Part shown: positions 39,935 through 53,169 of the stretch, piece by piece
Layout of the letters: the number at the start of each line of letters is the position of its first letter
Position numbering within the stretch: the first letter of the stretch is position 1
Source: Octopus sinensis
Lineage: Eukaryota
Assembly: GCF_006345805.1 (NCBI RefSeq)
Contig: NC_043000.1
Coordinates: 18,228,001-18,292,000 of the forward strand
DNA length: 64,000 nucleotides
Direction of reading: 5' to 3'
The notes under the pieces: model-generated
Seen by the model: the letters and a program-made list of their open reading frames with translations, nothing else
Database searches by the model: none
Told to the model about the DNA's origin: nothing
Made by a program: the position numbers and the translations under genes

Positions 39935-40402
39935 TAGATAGATAGATAGATAGACAGATAGATAGACAGACAGACAGACACACACATATAGACAGAGAAA
40001 TAGACAGATAGACAGACAGATAGATAGACAGACAGATAGAAAGATAGATAGACAGACATATAGACAGATAGACAGATAGATAGACAGACATATAGATAGA
40101 CAGACATATAGATAGACAGACATATAGACAGATAGATAGACAGATAGATAGACAGACATATAGACAGAGACATATCGACATATAGACAGATAGATAGATA
40201 GACAGACAGACATATAGACAGATAGATAGACAGACAGACATATAGACAGATAGATAGACAGACAGACATATAGACAGATAGATAGACATAACCCGTGCTA
40301 GCCTGGAAAACGGACATTAAACGACGATGATGATGATGATGATAGACAGACAGACATATAGACAGACAGATAGACATAGAGACAGACAAACAGACAGACA
40401 GA
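39935..40402. repeat. (GATA)/(GACA) compound tetranucleotide array
   Basis: Direct reading. Confidence 0.95.
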
Positions 40403-40857
40403 TGCTGGAGCAAGGCAAATATTGTGAGAGAAGTGAGTCATGAGAATGACAGATGCCTTCTGCACTACATGGTGCACGTCAATGCCCTGCACTCGTTTGT
40501 CACTTGTTTAGATGAAATTTGGACTTCAATATATAAAAAAAAAAACAATAATATATTCACTGATATTGCAGAATATATATTTTTTATCTTTTACTTGTTT
40601 TAGTAATTAACCAGTGGCCATGCTGGGTACCACCTTGAAGAGTTTAAGTCAAGCAAGTCAACCCCAGTACTTATTTTTATAAGCAAGGGAGTTATTCTAG
40701 CTGTGTCTTTTGTTGAGCCAGTATGTACGTGAAGGTAAACAAACCAACATTGGTTGTCAAGTAGTGGTATATGAATGCTATATGAATGTATACAATACAT
40801 GAATGTGTGTGTGTGTGTGTGTGTGATTTCATTTGCATACACAAAAACGTATGCAAT

Positions 40858-41278
40858 ACCTATTTCTTTACTACCCACAAAGGGGCTACACACAGAGAGG
40901 GCAAACAAGGACAGACAAACGGATTAAGTCGATTACATCGACCCCAGTGTGTAACTGGTACTTAATTTATCGACCCTGAAAGGATGAAAGGCAAAGACCA
41001 CCTCGGCGGGATTTGAACTCAGAACGTAACGGCAGACGAAATACCAATTTCTTTACCACCCACAAGGGGCTAAACACAGAAGGGGCAAACAAGGACAGAC
41101 AAACGGATTAAGTCTATTACATCGACCCCAGTTTGTAACTGGTACTTAATTTATCAACCCCGAAAGGATGAAAGGCAAAGACCACCTCGGCGGAATTTGA
41201 ACTCAGAACATAACAGCAGATGAAATACTTCTACACTTTTCGCCCAGTGTGCTAACGTTTCTGCCAGCTCGCCGCCTT
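40858..41278 (-). mobile_element. SINE family C tandem dimer
   Basis: Same junction as 38693-39093; both halves share the variant ggcaaagaccacctcgg. Confidence 0.9.
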
Positions 41279-41340
41279 CGAATGTACGCAATACCTAAAT
41301 TAGAGTATATTTATTCACTTATTCAAAGCTACAGCTTTAC

Positions 41341-41551
41341 ACTCTCTTTACTCTTTTACTTGTTTCAGTCATTTGACTGCGGCCATGCTGGATCACCGCC
41401 TTTAGTCGAGCAAATCGACACCGGAACTTATTCTTTGTAAGCCCAGTACTTATTCTATCGGTCTCTTTTGCCGAACCGCTAAGTGACGGGGACGTAAACA
41501 CACCAGCATCTGTTGTCAAGCAATGCTAGGGGGACAAACACAGACACACAA

Positions 41552-41585
<34 letters not shown>

Positions 41586-41747
41586 CATATATACGACAGG
41601 CTTCTTTCAGTTTCCGTCTACCAAATCCACTCACAAGGCATTGGTCGGCCCGGGGCTATAGCAGAAGACACTTGCCCAAGATGCCACGCAGTGGGACTGA
41701 ACCCGGAACCATGTGGTTGGTTAGCAAGCTACTTACCACACAGCCAC
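41341..41747 (-). mobile_element. SINE family A
   Basis: Full-length match. Confidence 0.92.
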
Positions 41748-41999
41748 TGTTGCTGTATTAAACACAACATAGGTTCAAATTGAACATTTACAGATGTTCA
41801 AACTAAACATCAACACGAAGTGTTTTACCAGTCAAAAATAGAAGCAAAAAATGAAAGTTTAGTCACCAACAAATGAAAATAAGCATATATGTAAGAAATT
41901 ATGTCTGAAAGCAATGCCTGTGTGTTGTTCTCTGTTTAGCAACAGCATATTTTTATTATTCCATAACAACATATTACTATCATTATTTTTGTTATCATA

Positions 42000-42402
42000 G
42001 GCGCAGGAGTGGCTGTGTGGTAAGTAGCTTGCTACCAACCACATGGTTCCGGGTTCAGTCCCACTGCGTGGCATCTTGGGCAAGTGTCTTCTGCTATAGC
42101 CCCGGGCCAACCAATGCCTTGTGAGTGGATTTGGTAGACGGAAACTGAAAGAAGCCCGTCGTATATATGTATATATATATATATATGTGTGTGTGTGTTT
42201 GTGTGTCTGTGTTTGTCCCCCTAGCATTGCTTGACAACCGCTGCTGGTGTGTTTAGGTCCCCGTCACTTAGCGGTTCGGCAAAAGAGACTGATAGAATAA
42301 GTACTGGGCTTACAATGAATAAGTCCCGGGGTCGATTTGCTTGACTAAAGGCGGTGCTCCAGCATGGCCACAGTCAAATGACTGAAACAAGTAAAAGAGA
42401 GT
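42000..42402 (+). mobile_element. SINE family A, inverted relative to 41341-41747
   Basis: Full-length match. Confidence 0.92.
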
Positions 42403-43704
42403 ATAATTGTGATGGGTTGGCAGAATTAGTAGAGTGCCATGTGGTATTTTTTCTGGCTTTTCATGCATTGAGTTCAAATTCCATCAAGGCCAACTTTGCT
42501 ACACATCCTTTTGAGGTTAATAAAATAAAGTACCAGCCATGTACTGGGATTGATATAATTGACAGTTCAAAAATGCTGGCCTTGGGCTTGAGTTAGAAAC
42601 AATCAGATTAGCAGAATCTGTAGAGTGAAAGACAAAATGCATTCTGAGTTCAAATCCTAGTGAGGTCAATTTTGCAGTTTAGCCTTTTGGAGGTCAATAA
42701 AATAAAATACCAGTAAAGTACTGGGGTCAATGTAATTGACTTAACTCTTCTCAAAATTGTTGGCTTTGTGCCAAAACTAGAAAGAATTATTTTTATTAGA
42801 TCATCATCATCACCATCACCATAATAATAATAATAATAATAACAACAACATTGAGAAAAAGAGGCAGTATTTGTTCCGGCTCTGTATATTATGAATCCGG
42901 GTTCCACTGAGGTCAAATTTGTCATTCATTCTTTTGGGAATTGATAAAATGAAATACCAATTTACTGGTTTCAATGATGACCATTCAACTGAACTACATA
43001 ATTATTAAATTAACATGTAAAATGGCTAAGTATTCTACAGACATGGGTACATACTATTAGGCATACTTACACAAGCATATCCCTGCCAACTTTGTTTCTT
43101 TATAACTTTCAGAAAAATGCATATTTTATAATGAAAGTTTCTACAAATATGCTTCAGATGGTATAGATTCCAATTATATTGGAATTTGTGGCGAAAAAGT
43201 TTTTCTAAGGGTGGGAAAAGGAGTTCTGGAAAATTCACCCAAGACATCTTTGTTTCCTCATAGCTTTCAAAAAAATGGGTACATTTTAATGGAATTTTGT
43301 GCAAATAACTTTTAAACTATTTATTGTAATTCACAAGTCAAATCAGTGTGACACAAAATGTGACAATGCTAAACCTTTGGAATACAGGCATAATCCAACT
43401 AAAGGGCTTCTTACATAGTTTTTATCTATCCAACTTTACTCACAAGGTTATAGTAAAAAAAACATTTGCTCAAAATGCTGTGCAGTGGGATTGAACCTGT
43501 GGCCTCTTGATTGTGAAGCAAACTTCTTAAGCAGAATGCCATGCCCCACCACTACCACCACCACCATCACTGCCAAGGTTGACTTTGCTTTTCATCCTAT
43601 TGAGGTCAATGAAATATGTACCAGTTAAGTATTGGGTCAATATAATTGACTATCACCCTCTCTAACATTCCAGGCCTTGTGCCTATAGTAGAAAGGATTA
43701 TTAT

Positions 43705-43930
43705 TATTATTTATTGTCTTTGCACAGCTTCTAACACTGGAGATGTACTATGGTGCCAGCTGTTCACCACCAGTGAACTTAGGTAACACCCCATAATTTT
43801 TCGAGCACCATCCGGAGTATTCAAGCGGTTCTAAGTAGTACCCCATGCTTATTGCAGCCCCTACTTGTTCCATGTACTTCTTGAAGCCTTGGGAACAGGG
43901 CTCCAACAATTATTGGTACTACTACTACCT
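43705..43930 (-). mobile_element. Third R4/Dong-type 3' relic
   Basis: Minus: VVVVPIIVGAL...KKYMEQVG...LLRTA*ILRMVLE then 3' UTR ending in (AAT)n. Confidence 0.75.
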
Positions 43931-43952
43931 TTTTCATCAACCATTGCGTGGA

Positions 43953-44334
43953 GGAGGCGCAATGGCCCAGTGGTTAGGGCAGCGGACACGCGGTTGGAGG
44001 ATCGCGGTTTCGATTCCCAGAACGGTCGTTGTGTATGTTTATTGAGCAAAAACACCTAAAGCTCCACGAGGCTCCGGCAGGGGATGGTGGTGATCCCTGC
44101 TGTACTCTTTCACCACAACTTTCTCTCACTCTTACTTCCTGTTTCTGTTGTACCTGTATTTCAAAGGGCCGGCCTTGGCACTCTCTGTGTCACGCTGAAT
44201 ATCCCCGAGAACTACGTTATGGGTACACGTGTCTGTGGAGTGCTCAGCCACTTACACGTTAATTTCACGAGCAGGCTGTTCCGTTGATCGGATCAACCGG
44301 AACCCTCATCGTCGTAACCGATGGAGTACTTCCA
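43953..44334 (+). mobile_element. SINE family B with probable TSD catcaaccatt
   Basis: Match to family B; TSD at 43935-43945 and 44340-44350. Confidence 0.92.
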
Positions 44335-44821
44335 TCACCCATCAACCATTATTATAATTATTACTATTATTATTGTTATTATTATTATTACTGAAGATGT
44401 TGCACAATATCCAATGTTGAAAGATGGAAGATATTACGTGTAATGGGGATTTGTACTCTATGTCAAGTCACAACAAGGACTTCAGACATACAATACTTTA
44501 TACAGGATGCATGTAGTTCTAAGTAAAGCTGATTTTTTTTCAATACCCCAAGATTGTAGGGTATTTCTAAGACATTGGTGAGTTCAAATTCCACCAAAGT
44601 CTTTTTTTTACTTTTAGCTTTCCCCCCTTTCAGAGTTGATAAAGTAAGTACCAGTCAAGCACTGAGGCAAATATAATTGACTAGCCCCAACTACCCCAAA
44701 ATTTCAGGTCTTCTGCCTATATGTAGCAGAAAAGGGGGCAAAAAAATCATTAGAGTAACGGATAGCAAAATCAGTTAAGTGCTAGATAAATCACTTCATA
44801 CTATTTAATTACATGCCCCAA

Positions 44822-44863
44822 ATCTCTGTTCTGTGGTGAATTAATTCACCACAGAACAGAGAT
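44822..44863. repeat. Perfect 42-bp palindrome centred on TTAA
   Basis: atctctgttctgtggtgaatt|aattcaccacagaacagagat. Confidence 0.95.
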
Positions 44864-45431
44864 GTGAAAGCGGATGTGTAAGCTTTATGCTTTTGTTACA
44901 AATCACTGTTTCTATTACTAATGGTAGCTGATGCAGAATTGGTACAATGTAACATTTAGTTAGTTACATAGAGTTCCGGGATCGATTAAATCTGACAATA
45001 ATTCTACCTCATTTCTGATCATATACCTTTAAACAATGGAGAAATTATTACTGAGGTTGAGGATGTCAGCTTTGGTTGATGTGGTGTCGGTGAAGTGGCA
45101 GGGGAAAAGAAATAATTGTGTTGTAGTTGGTAGTAGGGGAGAATGAAGGAGTTGTAGATGGTATTGTTGTAGTTATTAGGGGTTGTTGCTTTTAGGGTTT
45201 ATACAACTATAGTAATTTTCATTGTAATATTTTGCATCGATGGCCACATGCAGTGTTTGTTTATTATGACTCACAGGTTTTCACACTGGAGTTATTTTCA
45301 AATAATGGTTGGACGAAGGTCACCGACAGGAAACCCTGACTCACAAGTGATATGTCAAAAAAAAAAAAAAAAAAAGGGAAAAAAAAAAATGCTCAACATT
45401 TAGCCATTCAGCTATTGTGCATTCTTAGCAA

Positions 45432-45879
45432 GTTTTAACCCTCTACAGTTCAGAAATCTCTCTCTCTCTCACTCACTCACTCACACACAGGTTTTAACCC
45501 TCTACAGTTCAGAAATCTCTCTCTCTCTCACTCACTCACACACAGGTTTTAACCCTCTACAGTTCAGAAATCTCTCTCTCTCTCACTCACTCACACACAG
45601 GTTTTAACCCTCTACAGTTCAGAAATCTCTCTCTCTCTCACTCACTCACACACAGGTTTTAACCCTCTACAGTTCAGAAATCTCTCTCTCTCTCACTCAC
45701 TCACACACAGGTTTTAACCCTCTACAGTTCAGAAATCTCTCTCTCTCTCACTCACTCACACACAGGTTTTAACCCTCTACAGTTCAGAAATCTCTCTCTC
45801 TCTCACTCACTCACACACAGGTTTTAACCCTCTACAGTTCAGAAATCTCTCTCTCTCTCACTCACTCACACACAGGTTT
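45432..45879. repeat. 55-bp minisatellite, 8 units (7 identical)
   Basis: gttttaaccctctacagttcagaaa(tc)n(actc)n(ac)nag starting at 45432, 45491, 45546, 45601, 45656, 45711, 45766, 45821. Confidence 0.97.
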
Positions 45880-47014
45880 CCTGAGCGCCATACTAATACA
45901 ATTGTTCGTTTGTTTTCCACCTGCCTTCGTCTTTTGTTTATTTTCATAAAGCTTCCCGTTTCTATATACATACATATATAAATGCATATACACACAGATA
46001 CATACTTCATGGGAAGGGATATTACTTATGAGAGATTTGGATGTAGCCCCTACTAAAGTCTATGTTACTCAAGTAGATGCACTGACTAGCAAAATTTATG
46101 TGTACACACACACAAACACACACATGTGTGCCTGTACATGTATGTATAATAACTAGCAGTTGTTATGTAAGGTTTCACATCTTAAGTGACAAACATATTT
46201 GAGAAGTGGGAAACCTTAGCTGTCAACTCGTTAAATTGCAATACACACATACATACCTGCACTGATATCCGTGCACACATATACACAAACAAACGGTTGC
46301 CCAACCATGCAAATACACATGTACACACCATATACATGCATGCAAGTACTAATGCATATATGTACACTTGCATAAATGCAAGCTTGCACAGATATACATA
46401 TGTCCACATGCATACAACACACACACGTACATACAATTTCTTACATAAGTAGAAATTTGTGAGATATTTGTAGAAGAATTACAAAAAAATGGAGAAGAAT
46501 GATGTTCATGCCTTTCTCAAAGACATTAAATGACATATACAAATACAATATAGCAACTAATTCTGTAAAAATCATTTCAGCATCTAACTCCGAAAATAGC
46601 TAAAGAGGAGAATTACATTCAACTCTGTAGTTAATTGTTAGTGATTACAGTCTGAAGTAATTTAAAATAATTAGCCACTACTGGGGCATGATAAGACACT
46701 GACACACTTCTACACATCAGATATCTTCATCGTGCACCAGTCTGACATCAAATTGGAAACGTTGGCTTTTAAGAGTGACAAGTCTTTGAGAGAGAAATGT
46801 ATATGTATGCATGTGCATACATATATGATTATGAGCATGCACATGTATTACTGCATCACTGTATCACACACACATTTCTGCTGGTTGTCACTAATACAAT
46901 AAATGGGTGTATACTATTGAGTTTTGGTACAACTTCCAAACATCGTGATTTATTCTAAAGGTCTTGTGATTCTCTCAGTAAGTTACAATTTACTCTCCTT
47001 TCTTCATCCTCCTC

Positions 47015-47056
<42 letters not shown>

Positions 47057-47275
47057 TACATACATGCATAAAGGGAATAGCTCTTCTTTCAAACATATCA
47101 TTTTAGTACTTCAATTGTAATTTCCAGTTTCTCAGATCTATTTTTGGCAATTGCACAACAATTTTCAAAAATGATATTTTCAAGTGTTCAACACTCCTTC
47201 TCAAGACTTAGTTTAGATTTATATATTTGCACGCAAGTTCAAAGCGGTTAAACTAGAGTTTTTAAAGTTATTGTT

Positions 47276-47487
47276 GTAAGGAGAGGAGCTTTCTCCGTCC
47301 GGGTTGCGGATCCGTGGAACAAGCTGCCAGACGAGATGGTAAAGATGCCGACGACCGCTTTGTTCAAAGCCTCCCTGGACCTCAAGTGGCCTGAACTCTT
47401 TACATGAACACCACCCTGTACTTAACTCCATGTCCCCCTACATGGCCTTGCTATTTGCTTTTGAGCCAAATTAACTAACTAACTAAA
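47276..47487 (+). mobile_element. CR1-type LINE 3' end with (TAAC)n tail
   Basis: RRGAFSVRVADPWNKLPDEMVKMPTTALFKASLD, the FS.RV...WN.LP motif; CpG-rich, so probably young. Confidence 0.88.
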
Positions 47488-47989
47488 ACGTTAAACTGAT
47501 ATGCTTTTCAATCACATAAAAATAAAAGGCATTCTACTGATATGCTTCATGATTCATTGGCCACCAGTGAACAGATATCCCCTCATCCTTTTGTCCACAA
47601 AGAGAACTTACAGTAATTGCTATTTAAATTAAACATAAACCTGAACTTAGCTGTAATGACTATACCAATATGCATACCATGCAAATTTTCATAGGTACAG
47701 GATGAATGGATACATACATACATATGTACACACACACATGCCATTGTTCAGTTTTATTTCAAAATCTCTGTCCAGTAGAGAAAGAGCCAGTTTCTAACCT
47801 AGATCCCAAGGCTCCTTCATTGGAATTTCAAAATCAACAACAGGGTATTTTTGTATGTATATGTACATACATATGTACATATGTATGTACGTATGCATGT
47901 ATGCATGTATGTACGTATGTACGTATGCATGTATGTACATATGTATGTATGTACATATGTATGTACGTATATATGCATGTATGTACGTA

Positions 47990-48177
47990 TGCGGGTGGCA
48001 CGTAAAAAGCACCCACTACACTCACGGAGTGGTTGGCGTTAGGAAGGGCATCCAGCTGTAGAAACATTGCCAGATAAGACTGGGCCTGGTGCAGCCTTCT
48101 GGCTTCCCAGATCCCCGGTCGAACCGTCTAACCCATGCTAGCATGGAGAATGGACGTTAAACGATGATGATGATGAT
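47990..48177 (+). mobile_element. SINE family D inside a (TATG)/(TACG) array spanning 47850-48270
   Basis: Match to family D. Confidence 0.87.
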
Positions 48178-48529
48178 GTATGTACGTATGCATGTATATA
48201 CGTATGTATGTATGTACGTATGTATGTACATATGCATGTATGTACGTATGCATGTATGTACATATGTACATGCTCTAAGACTGTGTTATTCTATGGAATC
48301 AAAGGTGATATCAGTGTAAGTTTTTAGTCCATTTTTTACTGAGTTCGTTTATGACAGGTGTTTCTATGTGTGTATATGAATGTAAATGTGTGTGGGGTGG
48401 GTGAGGGGGTGGAAGCTGATGAGTCACTCAGTTGCTGATGAGAGAGAATCTTACTTGGTGTCTTGAGCAGGAAACCAAGTAGTGACGGTGAAGATCTCCA
48501 GCGTCATACAAATAAATATCAGTATCATG

Positions 48530-48770
48530 ACATTGACCAGATTATTGGATATTGTCACATATCACTGGTCACAATGCACTTTGCATTGTTTTAGCTTTGG
48601 ATGATGCCTCCTCACTGGCTAGGTGAGCAGACTATTCTGCCACAGGGTTACCCATTTACAGCTGAATAAACTGAAACAATGTGAAATGAAATGTTTTGCT
48701 CAAGAACACAACACAGTGCTTGATCTGGGAATTGAACTCATAATCTAGCAGTTGTGAGTGCAACACACCT
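48530..48770 (-). mobile_element. SINE family E, diverged copy
   Basis: tRNA-like head and gtgttcttgagcaaaaca shared with 20206-20465; 3' end shared with 1-115. Confidence 0.65.
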
Positions 48771-48985
48771 TCCCATAAGTAAATATATACTATGAAATAT
48801 ATTAAATACTTTTATATTTGTTTCTTAAACCAAAAACATTTGTGTATACAGAGATATAGAAACCAATCTGCAACAGTCAGTTGGAGTCTGGACAGCTCCC
48901 TGCTAGCCATCTCCGTGTTAAACCGCCCAATTCATGCCCCAGCATGGAGAGTAGACATTAAATGATGATGACGATGATGATAATG

Positions 48986-49017
<32 letters not shown>

Positions 49018-49432
49018 ACAGATATAGCGAAGTAGATGGTGAAATGGATAGGTAATATGACCTCTTCTCACAGAACAAAGCATAAACTCTAACACAACAT
49101 ATAACCATATCTATTAAACGCACACCCAAATATATAGCTCTTCCTATATAAATATATCTATACCAATATATACACACCCTAATTAAGCAACATGCACAAC
49201 AGATCTAAAACACAAGTACACACATGATCACATGATGCCATCAAGCCCAACCCCACATAACTGGGGTTAGGTTTCCTCCAAAGAATTAATATAAACTTTT
49301 GCTTGGAACAACAATTAACTCTTTATGAAGGCCAGATATACTCTCAAATGTACTATAAGGGTATATAGATGGTTGGCTCAATGAAGTTTTCAACTACCTA
49401 ATCTTGGATTGAAATTTCAGATGTATAGCAGG

Positions 49433-50019
49433 TACTCTTTACTCTTTACTTGTTTCAGTCATTTGACTGCGGCCATGCTGGAGCACCGCCTTTAGTCGAG
49501 CAAATCGACCCCGGGACTTATTCTTTGTAAGCCCAGTACTTATTCTATCGGCCTCTTTTGCCGAACCGCTAAGTGACGGGGATGTAAACACACCAGCATC
49601 GGTATATAATTTTGTTTCCAGGAAGAACTTTTAAATTTGATATTGCCATAATTCACAAAGCTGTGACAAACTGGTAAGACCTGACAAATGAGAATGAGTA
49701 AAAAAATTTGTGAGGAGAGATTTCAGGTCAGGTTCTTCAAGAAAGTTGATGAATTTCACCTCTTCTCATGGCATACAAACCTATTGTATTTTATAAGGGT
49801 TTTTTTTCTCTTCAACATAGACCTGCTCTAACATTCACAAAATTTATACTCTTTTACTTGTTTCAGTCATTTGACTGCAGCCATGCTGGAGCACTGCTTT
49901 TAGTTGAGCAAATCGACCCCAGTACTTATTCTATCGGTCCCTTTTGCCGAACCACTAAGTGACGGGGACGTAAACACACCAGCATTGGTTGTCAAGCAAT
50001 GCTAGGGGGACAAACACAG

Positions 50020-50062
<43 letters not shown>

Positions 50063-50232
50063 CATATATACGACAGGCTTCTTTCAGTTTCCGTCTACCA
50101 AATCCACTCACAAGGCTTTGGTCGGCCCGAGGCTACAGTAGAAGACACTTGCCCAAGATGCCACACAGTGGGACTGAACCCGGAACCATGTGGTTGGTTA
50201 GCAAGCTACTTACCACACAGCCACTCCTGCGC
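49433..50232 (-). mobile_element. Two SINE family A copies (49433-49603 truncated; 49846-50232 full)
   Basis: Match to family A. Confidence 0.9.
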
Positions 50233-50913
50233 CACTGTTATGTTAATATTTCTACTCTCTTTAAAGTGGTGAGCTGGCAGAATTGTTAGCATGCCGGGCA
50301 AAATGCCCAATGACATTTCATCCATCTTTAGGTTCTGAGTTCAAATTCCACCAAGGTCAGTCTTGCCTTTCATCCTTTCAGGATCAATAAAGTAAGTACC
50401 AGCTGATTTAATCATCTTAGCCCCTCTCATGAAAGCACAGGCTTTGTGCCAAAATTTCAAACCAATATTTCAACTTCCTGTATTTTTAGCAACTACCCTC
50501 CTACTCCAATTAGGTGTATGACACTATACTATTTCATTATTTTTCAAAGACGCATATTGCTTGAAACTAGAGAACTTATTTCTGCCCCAGGCACAGGAAG
50601 TCATGTTTTACAAATTTCACTGTTTTTGCTGATATAGGCATTTACTTAGATTCTAATCTTTTTTTTTTCCTTTTAACCAAAAGATATACTATTCTCTTCA
50701 TCAAGGAGGTAATTTTTGTCTCCTCTACTTTACACTCTACAACTAGACCTAAAAAATGGTCTTTAAAAGGCACCTCTTCAGGGACATAAGAGGACGCAGT
50801 TATTATATTTTACTGTTCACATATTTAGGACAGCACATATTTTCTCAAAACTTCATCCAAGAAAATTTCATTCTTAACATACAGCTAGTGATCCACTGTT
50901 ATGCTGTGTCTTT

Positions 50914-50948
<35 letters not shown>

Positions 50949-51614
50949 ACACACACACAAAACACCATTACAACTACACAGCGTTGTTTTCCTCTGAACT
51001 TACTGACTCCTATGTATTTACTGCCACCTGACTTCTGTCTAAGTACTCACCTATTTTTATTCCAGCACTGGTACACTCTAGCACAATTCTTCACCACTGA
51101 ACTTCATATCTCATATGTGTGCTTGAATGATCTGCTATCCAAACTAGTTAATTGCAAAACAATTAATAACACAAACATCAACACATACACACAGACAGAA
51201 ACACCAAGACATAACACACAAACATGCAAACTCATTTCAACACACCCAAACACAAACATATATACAAATGTCAATGAGACCCCAAAGAAAACAATTATTG
51301 GTGGAACAACCAAAATATATTTTATAGCAGACACCACAAATACACTGTACCACAACCATGTCACATTTCTAAACACCATCCCTTCCTTCATAGCAAGAAA
51401 GCCTCTTTAGAATTGCTCAATGTGTTAGAAACAATACCCTATAGCCTCCCATTAATATATATATATATATAGATATATATATATATATAAAAAGAGGGCA
51501 CAATGTGCAATGTAACTATACATATAGGAAAAGAATTGCTACCTCCTTTGAAAATAGCTCTACTTCAGAGACAGAAACTGTAAGGAAGCTTGCCTAAATA
51601 TATATATATATATA

Positions 51615-51810
51615 TCATCATCATCATCATCTGCTTTACATGCTGGCATGGGTTGGACGGTTTGATTGAGGACTGGTGAGCCAGAAGGCTGCACCAGGCT
51701 CAATCTGATCTGGCAAAATTTCTACAGATGGATGCCCTTCCTAATTCCAACCACTCCGAGAGTGTAGTGGGTGCTTTTACATGCCAACGGCATGAGGGCC
51801 AGTCAGGCAG
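51615..51810 (-). mobile_element. SINE family D variant
   Basis: Meta-like core and tail. Confidence 0.8.
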
Positions 51811-52153
51811 TTTTATGTGTGTGTGTGTGTATGTATGTATCACCTGAGGAGATACAACTGGATCCCATTATACAAGCGAACCAATGCTGAATTTAAATCA
51901 TGTGTACATGTGGATCTATGTTATATCGAAGTATATGTGTTGTGTTTATTAAATAGCTGTCTAAACATACTCCTTCCTTTTGACTCTTCAATTTTTATTT
52001 TTCACACACAATGAATGGCTAAGCCTAGACTTGGAATACTACCAGCTGTTTAGCAATTCTAAGGGTGAAGGAGTTCTATTTTGTACTTTAATACATTCCT
52101 AATGGAATACACTTTAAATTACATTTCTAATGGTATACACTTGAAATTATATA

Positions 52154-52538
52154 TCTCTCTCTATATAAACGGCAGTTTGTCTGTGTGTGTTTCTGTGTGT
52201 CTGTTTGGTTGTACCCTCACTCTGACCACGGCTTTCAACCGATTCTGATGAAACTTGACACATACATAGCCCAATGTCATAATTCAAAACTAACGCAGCG
52301 AAAATTTTGAAAAATTCCCCCAGTTCTGAAAAAAATCGATAAATTCGACATGGGGTCGAGAATCAGAAACACAAACCACAGACTGTCTAGGGGACGCAAC
52401 TCCACCTTTTTAACTCTCAAAAAAATTTACCATCATTTTTTTCCCCCATTTTTTGGCTATATTTTGGCTATAACTATCTAAAAATGCTTTATAGTTATTT
52501 CCCTTACAAACCCGAGCAACGCCGGGCGATACTGCTAG
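52154..52538 (+). mobile_element. Non-autonomous Helitron
   Basis: A|TCtctctctatataaa ... cccgagcaacgccggg hairpin (52511-52526) ... CTAG|T. Confidence 0.87.
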
Positions 52539-52716
52539 TTATATATATATATATATATATATATAATCATATACCTGTCGCTGATCAGGTAATTACTTTC
52601 GCTGTTTCTGAGGCCAAGAAGCTAGTAAAATACAGAAGAATAACTTTACAGAATCCAGTTGACTCCAATGGCACTGAAAAAGCTGCAGGTCAAGTGGAAC
52701 ATCACAGTTCATATAG

Positions 52717-53140
52717 CAAAAGCATTGCACATCGTGTGTTTGGTGTTCGTTTTTTGATGGTCATTTTTTAGTAGACATTTTTTTTTTGATTAGGAACTTC
52801 AGTAAGTATTAGTGAAATGAAATTACAAATGTTGTGTCAGTGCACAATAAGTGTTGTACCATTGCATAATTTTTGTTGAGACAAATTAGGCAACAGAATC
52901 ATAGGAGATATAGAAAAAGCATTGCACATCATGCGTTTGTTTTGGTGTTCGTCTGTTAACAGTCTTTTTTTAGTATACATTTTTTTAATTAGGAATATCA
53001 GTAAGTAATAGTGAAATGAAATTACAAATGTTGTCCTGTCAGTGTTAGCCTTGAAATTCTGTCACTATATAACAGGAATGGAAAGCAAGGCAACAGTAAG
53101 TAATAGTCCAATGAAATTACAAATGCTGTGTCGTGTCAGT
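52717..53140. repeat. Diverged ~200-bp direct duplication, 2-3 partial units
   Basis: aaagcattgcacatc and cagtaagta.tagt...atgaaattacaaatg recur. Confidence 0.75.
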
Positions 53141-53169
53141 TAGATTTAGGTTTACTTGTCCTTTATGTG

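Noticed and set aside
43035-43304. 89-aa minus ORF with GTAAGT donor as a coding exon
   Set aside because: Contains an internal direct repeat (tgaaag.tat.a.gaaacaaag) suggestive of transposon interior; no recognisable domain
43953-44030. tRNA gene
   Set aside because: It is the head of SINE B and runs into the SINE body; acceptor stem incomplete
45432-45879. CRISPR-like regular array
   Set aside because: No unique spacers, no cas genes, eukaryotic context
50901-51410. 169-aa plus ORF
   Set aside because: Low-complexity CA-rich sequence with no domain or splice support
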